A stretch of DNA of 64,000 nucleotides from assembly GCA_029838195.1 (NCBI GenBank), contig JALGVJ010000024.1:1-64000 (forward strand), given 5' to 3'. The translations under genes and the position numbers were made by a program. Below the pieces are notes generated by a model, which had not been told where the DNA came from, made no database searches, and worked only from the letters and a program-made list of their open reading frames with translations. This document shows, piece after piece, positions 41,377 through 51,478 of this stretch (positions are counted from its first letter, which is position 1; each line of letters starts with the position of its first letter). The stretch comes from Promethearchaeota archaeon (lineage in GTDB: Archaea > Asgardarchaeota > Lokiarchaeia > Sigyniarchaeales > SOKP01).

Positions 41377-42873
41377 TCAAGGAACGTGAGGCCACGATTT
41401 TTTCTTCAGGTGACCATCGGGCTTGTATTTTTCTTTAATCGCACGGTCATGTGTCCTTAATTCTTCTCTTTTCACGTGATATTTCATGTTCTTTAATTCT
41501 CTATATGATGGGATGGATTCAGAAAAATTATTAAGCCATTTTTTCTCATAGAATAGCATGTTCCACATCAAAGCTTCAATCTTATCCTCATCTTCAATGA
41601 ATTGACACATGGGATCTGCTAATAATGCCTTTAATAACAAGTCTGGATTTCCGGATCGAGCCGCATCGACTACTAATTGCTGATTTTTAGCATGAATTTT
41701 TAAAAGCTCCTTGAGAGAATTTGGAAAGGAGGTAATTTTAGGTGCTCTTATTTCATTATTAATAAACCAAGCCGGTACTTCCACTACACAGTTTTCCGGA
41801 AGAAAGGAGATGATATTTTTATTAATAATATTACTGACATGGTGCCTTGGTAAATTTTGTTCCTTGCTCTCAATCATCCTTAAAGCCTTTTCCCCCCCTG
41901 TCCAAGGGCGAATCAAGAATTTATATAACCATCTGTTTACATTTCTATTAGCCATTTTGTATATCGAATAAACCAAATGGCGATAAAAATTGAGTCGTTG
42001 GACATCTCTTAATCGTGTGATACCAAAAGGACGTTGTTTATAATTGAAATAATTATAATAATGAGGCATGAATTCGGCAACATGACGATCTTCCACGTAA
42101 TTTAACAACCCATGTTGGTGTAATAAATAGAAATTAAAACGCCTTCCAAATTTACCAGATCTATACGCTTCAAACGCTTTTTCTTGTATTTTTGGATAAA
42201 TATTTTCATTCTCGAGCGTGAATTCTGTAATCCAAGCAAAATGGTTCAAGCCTCCATGAATGATTTTAATATTATCTTTTGGTTTTATATTAATCCCGCA
42301 CCACGTTAAAAATCGGATAAATTCTTTCGAACCGATATAAAAAAATTCATGACAGAGGCCAATCGCTTGGATTTGGGGAGCAATTTGATGAGAACTTAGT
42401 ATTATGGTTCCTTGAGGATTTGTATAGTTAAATACAATACCTTGAGGGCATAATTCTTTTATATCCTTAATGATATCATTAAAAATTGGTATTGTTCGGA
42501 TACCCCGAAAAATTCCACCAGGCCCCACTGTATCTCCCGTATTTTGAGGTATTCCAAATTTTAAGGGAACATGTATATCATACCATTCTGATTCTTGCAT
42601 TCCTACCGAGATAGAAATTATAATATAATCGGCACTGGGTAATGCTTTCCTTCTATTAGTAGTATGATGGATTCTAATGTCTTTACCATGTATCAGTACA
42701 CCATATTTGAAAATATTTGAAACTAATTTTAAAGATTGTAGATCAATATCCACTAACCAGAGTTCCATGGGATGGAGAATTTCTGCTTCGAGAATGTTCA
42801 TGAAAAGTGGAATGGAAAATCGGAATGATCCCGCACCAATATAAACTAACTTGCTACGTTTTTTTCCTTTCAA
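41377..42873 (-). CDS. glycoside hydrolase family 4 (alpha-galactosidase-like)
   Basis: IGAGS, GDTVGPGG, NYTNP, GLCH, GLNHF. Confidence 0.9.
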   Translation of the reverse strand: MKGKKRSKLVYIGAGSFRFSIPLFMNILEAEILHPMELWLVDIDLQSLKLVSNIFKYGVLIHGKDIRIHHTTNRRKALPSADYIIISISVGMQESEWYDIHVPLKFGIPQNTGDTVGPGGIFRGIRTIPIFNDIIKDIKELCPQGIVFNYTNPQGTIILSSHQIAPQIQAIGLCHEFFYIGSKEFIRFLTWCGINIKPKDNIKIIHGGLNHFAWITEFTLENENIYPKIQEKAFEAYRSGKFGRRFNFYLLHQHGLLNYVEDRHVAEFMPHYYNYFNYKQRPFGITRLRDVQRLNFYRHLVYSIYKMANRNVNRWLYKFLIRPWTGGEKALRMIESKEQNLPRHHVSNIINKNIISFLPENCVVEVPAWFINNEIRAPKITSFPNSLKELLKIHAKNQQLVVDAARSGNPDLLLKALLADPMCQFIEDEDKIEALMWNMLFYEKKWLNNFSESIPSYRELKNMKYHVKREELRTHDRAIKEKYKPDGHLKKKSWPHVP

Positions 42874-43225
42874 GAGATAAAAATGGTTCTTAAATTATTT
42901 AAATGAATAAAATTCTTTGTTAAAAAATTATATTTATTGAAAAACTTATAAAATATGAATTTAGTGTTTTATAGATTAATAGCTTGAAATCCTAACTTTA
43001 AATCTGTAGATCATGTTAGGGAGGAAAATTATTTGAGTTTTACTCTTTTATTTTTAATTTTAGAATATTCTTCTTATCTCAAAAATTCATGAAATAAAAG
43101 GAAGAAAAATCCTCATTCTAAAGAAAAGGATGATTGGAAGAAATTTTGGATTTTTATAAAAATTCCCAATATTATTTTCTAATAATTTGGAAAAAATTTG
43201 CCGTCTTAACATAAAAAAAAAAAAA

Positions 43226-44053
43226 TTAAATAGGCAAACCTAACCAGTTGAATACTCCAATCATTTTCAGGCCCATGTAAATCATTACAATTATGAAGAG
43301 ATATTTTAACGCCTTCGCAGGAAGTTTATGTGCGAATTTAGCTCCAACAATAGCCATTGGAACACTAGTGCCTGCAAGAAGTGCCCATTGTAATAAATTC
43401 ACATATCCCAATGAGAAAGGGGGTAGGTTTGTAGCAAATAGTCCTAAAATGATATATGAAAGAGCACCAACTGCAGCGGTAAAAATCATTACTCCGGTGG
43501 AGGTTCCTACGGCATCATGCATTTTAAATTTAAGTGCCAATACCATTATAGGAATGATAATTACACCCCCTCCAATTCCAATAAGCCCTGAACAGAACCC
43601 AACTGAAATTCCCCACAATGCATAGGCTACAGTGTTTTCAGATATTTGCTCATCAATTTTAATTGGTTTAGCTGTTAGCATTCTTAATGACCCTGCAAGA
43701 ATCACCGCACCAAAAATTATCGTTAGAATTGCACCTGGGGTGTTTGCAGCAATTAAAGCTCCAAAGAAAACTCCTAGAGCTCCAAAACCACCTAATAAAT
43801 AAGCTTTTTTCCATAAAACAGCCCCTTTTTTAGAATGCTGATAAGATCCGGAAGTAGCAGTAGGAACTACAACAAGTAAATTGGTACCGAAAGCTACACG
43901 GATTGCTATTGTTGGATCAACACCAAGGCTTAAGAGCAACCAATACTGAACTGGAACCATGATGAAACACCCTCCAACACCAATTGCACCGGATATAAAA
44001 CCTACTCCTATACCCGTTATTAAAAGAATTATAATATAAAGTGTAAAGTTCAT
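43226..44053 (-). CDS. TauE/SafE family sulfite exporter
   Basis: GAIGVGG..VP, GLIGIGGGVIIIP, AVGTS. Confidence 0.88.
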   Translation of the reverse strand: MNFTLYIIILLITGIGVGFISGAIGVGGCFIMVPVQYWLLLSLGVDPTIAIRVAFGTNLLVVVPTATSGSYQHSKKGAVLWKKAYLLGGFGALGVFFGALIAANTPGAILTIIFGAVILAGSLRMLTAKPIKIDEQISENTVAYALWGISVGFCSGLIGIGGGVIIIPIMVLALKFKMHDAVGTSTGVMIFTAAVGALSYIILGLFATNLPPFSLGYVNLLQWALLAGTSVPMAIVGAKFAHKLPAKALKYLFIIVMIYMGLKMIGVFNWLGLPI

Positions 44054-44123
44054 TTTTTTTTTTACTTTTTTTATTAAAATTGATGTTATGAAATTAAATA
44101 TGTAATAAAATATAAACCTTAGC

Positions 44124-44137
44124 TTACATAATGTAAC
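44124..44137. promoter_or_regulatory. palindromic operator TTACATAATGTAAC (candidate Lrp/AsnC site)
   Basis: Dyad between divergent tauE and Lrp/AsnC genes; related copies at 53836, 54587 and 57607. Confidence 0.55.
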
Positions 44138-44159
44138 TAAATAATATTTAAAAATATAT

Positions 44160-44615
44160 ATGATAAAAAAAATTAAGAAATCTCTGAAATTTGATGAGAT
44201 TAATTTCTATATTTTAAAAGTTTTAAGCGGAAATGGAAGAACAAGTTATTCTAAAATCGCTAGGGATTTAGGTTTAACCCATGTATCAATTAAGAATCGA
44301 TTCGAGGTCATGGAATCAAAAGAAATAATCAAACCTATAATTAAATTATTCAAATTTGGAGCCATTCCTAAAAAAAGGATGCTTGAAGCATTGAAACTTA
44401 CTAAACGAGCACCATATAGTCCAAATACTCACAATAAATTAATCTCATTAGCTAGAACCTCGAATAAAAAACTAAAACATCAATTGGGGAATAGAAAATC
44501 ACAGCAAATTAAGTTTAATAACGGTGTTAAGAAAACTATTAAATACCTGAGAAAACCAGATAATATTACATTATCCTTATTTACAAGCAAAATTTATAGA
44601 GAAAGATCGTCTTAA
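44160..44615 (+). pseudogene. Lrp/AsnC HTH domain joined to an unrelated C-terminal fragment (chimeric/truncated)
   Basis: The first ~60 aa match the paralogs at 53936 and 56938; their effector and Cys-rich domains are missing. Confidence 0.6.
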
Positions 44616-44709
44616 AAAATTAATTATTTCAACTAATTATAAAAAATTCTATAAGTTATGTCATTTTTAATTACTTGATCTCATAAAAAGAAAAAGGTGT
44701 GGTTTTATC

Positions 44710-46905
44710 TTGATTAATACTGATATCAAGAAAAATATTGAAGAGTATAAGCATGAGATTCAAAAGATAAAACAAAAAATAGAAGAATTGGAACAATTTG
44801 AGAATAAGGATAATAGTTTATTTGAGAGACTGGAATATTTATATCATCAAGTAATCTTTAACATTGAAAAACTACTTACAGAATATTCCAATTTTAGTCT
44901 TTTAGAATTTGATGAAAAAATTATAGAAGAAAAAATAAATTTTCAACACGAACTAGCGCTATATTTTGAGAAATATTTGAATATCACAGAAAAGTTGAAA
45001 TATCATGGAGAAATCCACTACTCTAATTATTTAAAATTAAATAACTTATTATATGAAGATTATGAAAATATAAGAAATCAGATAATTCATGATAACCCAA
45101 CCATCAGATACGATTTTGATACTTTTGAAAAAGAGATTAAACCAAACTTCTACAAAAAATTTATTGATAATTTAGACAAGGCAATCAATAGTTTAGAACA
45201 AATGATTTCGGATCCTAAAAAGAAAGCCTCAGATAAAAATTATTTTTATAGAGAAAATTATGAAGTTTTGGGCGATTTATATTTGCATAAAGCATTACTA
45301 ATTAAAGATATTGAAGCTGATGAAACCAATTACTTAAGTGAAGTCAAAAAAGCATTAGATCGATATAATCAAGCTATTAACTTTGAAAGGCTATTGAAAA
45401 AATTGAATAAGAAATATTTATCATACAAAAAGCAAGATTACATGCGAATATTCAATAATTTTCTTTATATCGATAAATTGGGAAATCTAAAAAAGATCAC
45501 GAATTTAGTAGATAAAAAAAATCATGTGGAAAAAAAGTTCAAAATTTGGGAAAAATTAACCTATAAAAGATTTGATACTAAACCGCTTAAAGGAATGAAA
45601 GATTTTTATCCTCAAGACTTAAGATTAGTAAAGTATATCTTATCTATTGTTGATGAGGTTGCTGAATTATATGGATATGAAGAATTTGAATCGCCTTTAT
45701 TAGAACCTCTTGAAATTTTTGCCGCGAAATCTTCACGTGAACTTGTTAATGAGCAATCATTTTACATTGAAAAATTTGAAGATCAAAAAATAATTCTTAT
45801 TCCAGAATTAACTCCTTCTCTTGCCCGAATGGTTGCGGCTAAATTTCAAGAATTAAAGAAACCTATTAAATGGTTTTCTGTTCCCACGTGTTTCAGATGG
45901 GAACAGCCTCAACGTGGAAGATTAAGAAGCTTTAAACAAGTTAATTTCGATATCCTCGGAGAGGACAGCCTTTACGCAGAGTTGGAAATATTTAACATAA
46001 TTATTAACATTTTGACAGGATTAAATGCCACATCTGCGCAATTTCAGATATATTACAATAGCAGGCGATTCATAGATGCACTTTGCGACCTTGTTATTGG
46101 TATTCCTAAAGAGAAAATGCCATTAGTTTATAAAATACTCGATAAATCCGATAAAATGGAAGAGCAAGAATTTGAAAAATACGTGATAGACACGTTTGAG
46201 GAGGAGAGAATCATCCAAGGAATTTTAAAATTAAAAAATAGCAATAAAATAGAAGATTTATTAAAGAAATTTGATGAGATCCCTCTTGAATTTTATGAAT
46301 CAAAAGGATATGAGGAATTAAAAAAATTGGAAAATTTAATAGAAATATCAGGCATCTCGGAATATTGCTCGTTCTCCTCCAACATCGTGAGGGGATTAGA
46401 TTATTATACGGGAGTCGTGTTTGAAGTGTTCGATACGGGGGAGAAAAATCGAAGAGCGATTTTTGGAGGAGGGCGATACGATGATTTACTCTCTCTTTTT
46501 TCGGATGAGCCCTTATCTGGCATTGGATTCGGGATGGGCGTGCTCATAGTACAATTATTTCTTGAAACTTATGGATTACTTCCCCCCGATATAAAGGAAA
46601 AAGATTATTCGGATACCATCTATATTACTTGCGTGGACGAAAGCGTGGCGGACTATGCCTTGCAAATCGCACGACTAATACGCAAGGAAAACATTCCCTG
46701 TATTATTGATTATCGATTTGGAGGATTAAAAAATCAGTTGAAAAAAGCAAGTGATCTTGGGGTTTTGATCACTTTGATCATTGGACCAAAAGAGAAAGAA
46801 CAAAATAAAGTGAGCGTCCGAAACATGACCACCGAGAAGCAAACCACTATTGTTCTTAAAGACCTCATCTCGGAGATTTTTAGCATTCTTGAGGAGCAAG
46901 AATGA
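44710..46905 (+). CDS. hisS: histidine--tRNA ligase with a ~285-aa N-terminal extension
   Basis: PLKGMKDF, PELTPSLAR, FRWEQPQRGRLR, RGLDYYTG, GGGRYD, GFGMG. Confidence 0.92.
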   Translation: MINTDIKKNIEEYKHEIQKIKQKIEELEQFENKDNSLFERLEYLYHQVIFNIEKLLTEYSNFSLLEFDEKIIEEKINFQHELALYFEKYLNITEKLKYHGEIHYSNYLKLNNLLYEDYENIRNQIIHDNPTIRYDFDTFEKEIKPNFYKKFIDNLDKAINSLEQMISDPKKKASDKNYFYRENYEVLGDLYLHKALLIKDIEADETNYLSEVKKALDRYNQAINFERLLKKLNKKYLSYKKQDYMRIFNNFLYIDKLGNLKKITNLVDKKNHVEKKFKIWEKLTYKRFDTKPLKGMKDFYPQDLRLVKYILSIVDEVAELYGYEEFESPLLEPLEIFAAKSSRELVNEQSFYIEKFEDQKIILIPELTPSLARMVAAKFQELKKPIKWFSVPTCFRWEQPQRGRLRSFKQVNFDILGEDSLYAELEIFNIIINILTGLNATSAQFQIYYNSRRFIDALCDLVIGIPKEKMPLVYKILDKSDKMEEQEFEKYVIDTFEEERIIQGILKLKNSNKIEDLLKKFDEIPLEFYESKGYEELKKLENLIEISGISEYCSFSSNIVRGLDYYTGVVFEVFDTGEKNRRAIFGGGRYDDLLSLFSDEPLSGIGFGMGVLIVQLFLETYGLLPPDIKEKDYSDTIYITCVDESVADYALQIARLIRKENIPCIIDYRFGGLKNQLKKASDLGVLITLIIGPKEKEQNKVSVRNMTTEKQTTIVLKDLISEIFSILEEQE

Positions 46906-47074
46906 TTTAAAAGTCAGAGGATGGTAAATTTCGATCTATTTATCTTTTCGCTAAATTTTGAAATCCTTTTAGGAAAAAATTTAATAATAAAAGGCCTCAC
47001 GAAATCGCATTAATTAGTACAACTTGGAGGGCCCTCTAAATCAAACAAAAAATAAAACCTTAAAAAATAATACC

Positions 47075-47395
47075 TCATGATTTTCGACTGAAATTAATAA
47101 ATTTAAAGGGATTGCATTTTGTATCTTGGACGAGCAGAATAGCGCATACCAACTCATCTTCTAACCAGTTATTTAAGGCAAAATAATCTTTTTTAGAGAA
47201 CAATTCCTTGTTTTTTTTAATTTCATTCATGAATCTTTTTATCGTAGTGATAACTTGGGGGTATTTTGCAGGATTGGATACTTGAGAGAAAAATTCTCTT
47301 ATTTCCTCCCTTGGAAATATCTGTGACAATAATTTTGCGTGATATTCTCTTTCTAATTTTCGGGACTCCTTTTTATTCATTAATTTTCGCCTCAT
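47075..47395 (-). CDS. hypothetical protein
   Basis: 106-aa ORF overlapping the stop of the upstream gene. Confidence 0.55.
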   Translation of the reverse strand: MRRKLMNKKESRKLEREYHAKLLSQIFPREEIREFFSQVSNPAKYPQVITTIKRFMNEIKKNKELFSKKDYFALNNWLEDELVCAILLVQDTKCNPFKFINFSRKS

Positions 47396-48114
47396 ACCCC
47401 CGTACGGGCTTTATATTCTTCCTTTAATTGCTGAATAAAATTTCTCAAGTCCTCATTTAATTTATCGCTATAATTTTGTTCGATGCTCTCTAAAAAAGAT
47501 AAAATGTGAATGATTCCTGAAATTTCTTTATCACACGTATGGCCAAATCGAGGAGCGCGACATTCATGACAGACCGTTAACACAAAATCTCTCATGTTTT
47601 GGATGGTTAATTCTTTATTTTCCATGAATTTCGCTCCTGCTCCTGAAGATCCACAAGGAGAAGATCGAAGCACGGAAACTTTTTTTATCGTTCTATCAGA
47701 CCCCATCTCAACTTGAAAATGTGGTCTGCCGAAAAATTTAGCAAATTGGTCTACTTCAGGAATCTTTGTATTTGGTTCCAAAGAGCACATTGTTCGGGGG
47801 CTTATTACTTTTGGATTGATCTGCTTGGCTTGAAGATAGAGTCCCCATCCGGGTGTAATGCCTAATATTAATGGTTTTTGAATCTCCGCTATTATTAATA
47901 TGATATCAGGATGACGCACGTAAGATACGTAAAGGTCCCAATCGGGAATATCTAACTCAATATCTTCGTCTAATATAGCTGAAGTTGGAATGTCCGGAAT
48001 CAAAATCCATTCTGTCTCAAAAAATCGCTTGAAATTCTTACATGCCCTTTCTCCATATTTTCCATCTGTTATTAATCCTATTTTCATTTTTCCATGCAAC
48101 TTTCGTTTTTTCAA
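47392..48114 (-). CDS. DUF166 family protein
   Basis: GKYGERA, HPD, MCSL, FGRP, VLRSSPCGS. Confidence 0.75.
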   Translation of the reverse strand: MKKRKLHGKMKIGLITDGKYGERACKNFKRFFETEWILIPDIPTSAILDEDIELDIPDWDLYVSYVRHPDIILIIAEIQKPLILGITPGWGLYLQAKQINPKVISPRTMCSLEPNTKIPEVDQFAKFFGRPHFQVEMGSDRTIKKVSVLRSSPCGSSGAGAKFMENKELTIQNMRDFVLTVCHECRAPRFGHTCDKEISGIIHILSFLESIEQNYSDKLNEDLRNFIQQLKEEYKARTGV

Positions 48115-48192
48115 ACGATGTGATTAAATATTTGAATAAATTAAATGGAAAAAAACATGCATTATTAATTTTTCAAGGTTTACCCCCAATAT

Positions 48193-48645
48193 TCACGCTA
48201 ACTTTTTTCTTTTCATGAGGTGTATTTTTACACTAATGAAGAATTCATCTACTTTTCTAGCAATTTCTTCAGCGATTATCTCCGCTAATTTCATCCCCTC
48301 TTCTCCTAAATCTTCCCTTGATTTAGGCTTTAATTCGGGATGGGCTTTCAAAATTTCATCTACTCTAATTGTCGCAGCTGCTGGTCCGCTGTATCTTTCT
48401 ACGGCAATTTTGGAACATTCCTCTTCACATCCATCTACGGTAATGGTAGGATGTTCTTTAGCAAAGTTCCTTTCTTCCTGTCCTCCATGACGTTCTAGAC
48501 CTCCCGCTGCGAATAATGGTTGACAGAGAACGATGGTGCTATTCGGTCTAAGCTTCTCTACAACAATTCTGGCGGCGGCTCTACTTAGGGTTCCACCAAT
48601 CAATTTCTCCCCGCTACATGCAATGATTCCCACTTTTTTCTTCAT
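48193..48645 (-). CDS. DGC-domain (putative Zn-binding) protein
   Basis: IACSG, VLC, VDGCEEEC. Confidence 0.85.
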   Translation of the reverse strand: MKKKVGIIACSGEKLIGGTLSRAAARIVVEKLRPNSTIVLCQPLFAAGGLERHGGQEERNFAKEHPTITVDGCEEECSKIAVERYSGPAAATIRVDEILKAHPELKPKSREDLGEEGMKLAEIIAEEIARKVDEFFISVKIHLMKRKKLA

Positions 48646-48649
48646 TTAT

Positions 48650-49078
48650 TTATTCCCCTATTTTATCATCTTCTATTAATTCTTCCACTTTTTTTGAAAC
48701 TTGTTCTGCTAATTTACGAGACAAGGCTTTCGTATTTTCGCCGATAGGAATTATTGAGGGCTCTGGTTTTAAATCTCGGTTATCCTTCACGATGTTGGTC
48801 GTCATGAATTGAGCATCAACTTTTCCCACTTGTTCCATGAGATTATTATAAGAACATTTCAATGGGCATCCATCAATAGCTATTACGTTGTTTTCCTTCA
48901 ATTTTTCTATCACTTCTTTTTTCCCCTTTACTATGAGCGGTAAGCACTCCAATTCTGTTTTTCCTCTTGCTAATTCATTCACTACTATATAGGTCGTTTC
49001 ACGGCCTATACTTCCGAAAACCTTTCCAATTCCGCTACATGGAATGATATATACTTTCTTTTCAGCCATTTTTATCAC
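48650..49078 (-). CDS. DGC-domain (putative Zn-binding) protein
   Basis: IPCSG, ECL, IDGCPLKC. Confidence 0.85.
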   Translation of the reverse strand: MIKMAEKKVYIIPCSGIGKVFGSIGRETTYIVVNELARGKTELECLPLIVKGKKEVIEKLKENNVIAIDGCPLKCSYNNLMEQVGKVDAQFMTTNIVKDNRDLKPEPSIIPIGENTKALSRKLAEQVSKKVEELIEDDKIGE

Positions 49079-49958
49079 TTTTCATTTTATCTAAATGTTC
49101 TTTTTCTTTCATTGCTCTACTTTTCATGTAATTAAAATATTCAGGCCCATCCATCAAGAGTTCACGATCCTCTTCAAAATGATCCAATTCAATTTCAACA
49201 AACCATCCTTTTCTGTAAGGATCTTGATTAATGTATTCTGGATGTTGCTCTAACTCTTTATTTACAGCAATTACTTTCCCGGACCCGGGAGAAATCAATT
49301 GAAGTACCGTTTTCGTTGATTCAAAAGAGCCCACATCATCAAATTGTTCCACGTGCCTTCCTATTTCGGGTAAATCCACGAACAAAATATCATCGGCAGC
49401 ATTTTGAAGATAATCTGTAATGCCCATTAACCCAGTTTTTTCGGCCGGCTTTATCCAACAATCATTTTGATTAAAAAAATATCCCTCTTTTGGAACGGAA
49501 AAATTATATTTATCAATGGTAATGATAAAATATTCTTGTTCAGTAAATATACGCTCTTCTGTTATTGCTTCGGATGATTTTTCTCTAAGATCTTCAAGGA
49601 TCTCCTCCGTTATGAGCTCGACAAGTTGATTACCATCCTCATCTAATTTTAAATTCTTAGGAGGTTTAATTTTAAATTTCTTAGCAATCTCAGGTATCAT
49701 TATCTGTTTAAAAGGTTTTAATTTCCGCTGCTCTATTAGTTTGACGGGACATCTTGTCATGCAGCCATTAATTACGATAATTTTTGATGCGTGCAATAAC
49801 TCTTCATAAGTTTTATCTCCGGAATTCAATAACACAGGGCAAATTAATTCAATATCAGCAACTTTTTCCATGATTTTCAATGCCACTTCTCGGGTAATCA
49901 CGCCTAAAGACTTGTCTAACCCGTTGCATGGAAGAATGCAAAACTTCTTTTCACCCAT
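49062..49958 (-). CDS. DGC-domain protein fused to glycine cleavage H (lipoyl-carrier) domain
   Basis: LPCNG, ICP, INGCMTRC; then GITDYLQ, FVDLP, FESTKT (lipoyl Lys), SPGSGKV, INQDPY..GW. Confidence 0.85.
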   Translation of the reverse strand: MGEKKFCILPCNGLDKSLGVITREVALKIMEKVADIELICPVLLNSGDKTYEELLHASKIIVINGCMTRCPVKLIEQRKLKPFKQIMIPEIAKKFKIKPPKNLKLDEDGNQLVELITEEILEDLREKSSEAITEERIFTEQEYFIITIDKYNFSVPKEGYFFNQNDCWIKPAEKTGLMGITDYLQNAADDILFVDLPEIGRHVEQFDDVGSFESTKTVLQLISPGSGKVIAVNKELEQHPEYINQDPYRKGWFVEIELDHFEEDRELLMDGPEYFNYMKSRAMKEKEHLDKMKSDKNG

Positions 49959-49973
49959 TTTCTTATCATCTCT

Positions 49974-50270
49974 TCATTTTTCTCTTAATTCTTTTATTAA
50001 TTTCGTGATTTCCCGTTTGTCCGGAAAGCTTAATGCATCAAGAGAACAAGCTTTCGTGCAAGCTCGGCAAAATACTACACAATTATAAGGATTTTTAATA
50101 ATTAACTTTCGTTTTTCATCGTCCGTTTCTTCATAAACGTCATGAGGGCAAAATTTAGCACATTCCAAGCAAAAATTACATTTTTCATAATCAATAGTAG
50201 GCCACCACGGGATTTTATTCCGAGGTACGCCCATGAATGTCTCTTTTTCCGCATCATAATTATTGCTCAT
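49974..50270 (-). CDS. 2x[4Fe-4S] ferredoxin
   Basis: CNFCLECAKFCP, CVVFCRACTKAC. Confidence 0.88.
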   Translation of the reverse strand: MSNNYDAEKETFMGVPRNKIPWWPTIDYEKCNFCLECAKFCPHDVYEETDDEKRKLIIKNPYNCVVFCRACTKACSLDALSFPDKREITKLIKELREK

Positions 50271-50652
50271 TTTTATCCTTCTCCTCTTCTAATTTTTCTA
50301 ACGTTTTTTTAACGAGGTTTACAGCTTCCTCGGTAGTCATTTCTCTAATATCCAAGGGAATGAGATCCTTTTTGATATCCAAACCCGCTTTTTGAAATGC
50401 ATCACGAAACATCTTATACTGCATGTTGGGCGAGCATCCTCCGATTAAATATTTACGTCCAGGACGTAAGAAATCATCTAGAAAACGATCACCATCTTCC
50501 TCGCATAATTGGGGATGGATGAAACCATATTCCACGGGCAATTCAATTCGAACACGATTAATAAAATCCCAAATATCCATTTTAGCAAATCCCGGACATT
50601 TCCCCGTACATACACACATTATGAATCCAATTTTTTTCTCATCTTCACTCAA
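50260..50652 (-). CDS. stand-alone HdrA N-terminal-like Fe-S domain protein
   Basis: FIMCVC, HPQLC, GGCSP, LDIRE. Confidence 0.75.
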   Translation of the reverse strand: MSEDEKKIGFIMCVCTGKCPGFAKMDIWDFINRVRIELPVEYGFIHPQLCEEDGDRFLDDFLRPGRKYLIGGCSPNMQYKMFRDAFQKAGLDIKKDLIPLDIREMTTEEAVNLVKKTLEKLEEEKDKNEQ

Positions 50653-50731
50653 CTATATCACTTGCTTTCTTAGTTTCGGAAAAATAAAATGAACCATCTT
50701 ATGTAGAAAAAATAAGATATAATATAAACCT

Positions 50732-50755
50732 ATGCATTAATGTACATTGATGCAT
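50732..50755. promoter_or_regulatory. 24-bp imperfect palindrome, candidate ArsR operator
   Basis: ATGCATTAATGTACATTGATGCAT between divergent operons, next to a TATA-like element. Confidence 0.55.
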
Positions 50756-50846
50756 CAAGCATGTTAATTATTTAAAATAAGGTCTATATTTATATTTTAG
50801 TTCAAATTTTATTATCATGAATACATTCACGAACATGCATTGAATT

Positions 50847-51173
50847 ATGATCATGAATCTTGAGAAATTACAGTTGGAAAAACTAAAAGCATTGGCAGAT
50901 GAAACAAGACTGGAAATATTGGGGCTCCTCCGTCATGGAGGTGAATTATGTGCTTGTGATCTTGAAAAAATGTTGGATAAATCTCAATCAACTATTTCAA
51001 GACATCTTAAAAAGCTGGAACTCGCAGGTATAATCGAAAGCAGAAAGGAAGGCGTGAAAGTAATGTATAAAATAAGGGATTTACATGTATACAAGCTCTT
51101 CGCTGTATTAGATCAAATCATTAAGCGAGAAAAAAAATATAAAAAAATTTTACAGATTCAAGAAAATATTTAA
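50847..51173 (+). CDS. arsR: ArsR/SmtB family regulator
   Basis: KALADETRLEIL, ELCACDL, SQSTISRHL. Confidence 0.9.
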   Translation: MIMNLEKLQLEKLKALADETRLEILGLLRHGGELCACDLEKMLDKSQSTISRHLKKLELAGIIESRKEGVKVMYKIRDLHVYKLFAVLDQIIKREKKYKKILQIQENI

Positions 51174-51186
51174 AATGTGAATAAAA

Positions 51187-51477
51187 ATGTCTAAATCCGA
51201 ACAGAAGGTGGCAGATAATAAGGTTAAGGTAGATATTTACGTGCCGTTAAATGTTTGTGCATGTCAGTGGGAGAAATTCATGAACCTCGTATTTCAAGTA
51301 TTAATGGAATATAATAAATACATAAAATTCGAAACGAAAAATCTTGACTCCGAGGAAGCTCGCAAATTAAATCTTCGTGGGAACAGCGTGGTCATCGATG
51401 GAAAAGAAATAGTTTCGAGCTCCTTTGCCCTAAAGAGGAAATTGCCTGAAATTTTAAAACAAAAAGGATTGATCTAA
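51187..51477 (+). CDS. thioredoxin-fold small protein
   Basis: VCAC motif; SVVIDG strand pattern. Confidence 0.6.
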   Translation: MSKSEQKVADNKVKVDIYVPLNVCACQWEKFMNLVFQVLMEYNKYIKFETKNLDSEEARKLNLRGNSVVIDGKEIVSSSFALKRKLPEILKQKGLI

Positions 51478-51478
51478 C

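Noticed and set aside
49062-49958. Glycine cleavage system
   Set aside because: Only an H-like domain fused to DGC; no P, T or L genes in the window.
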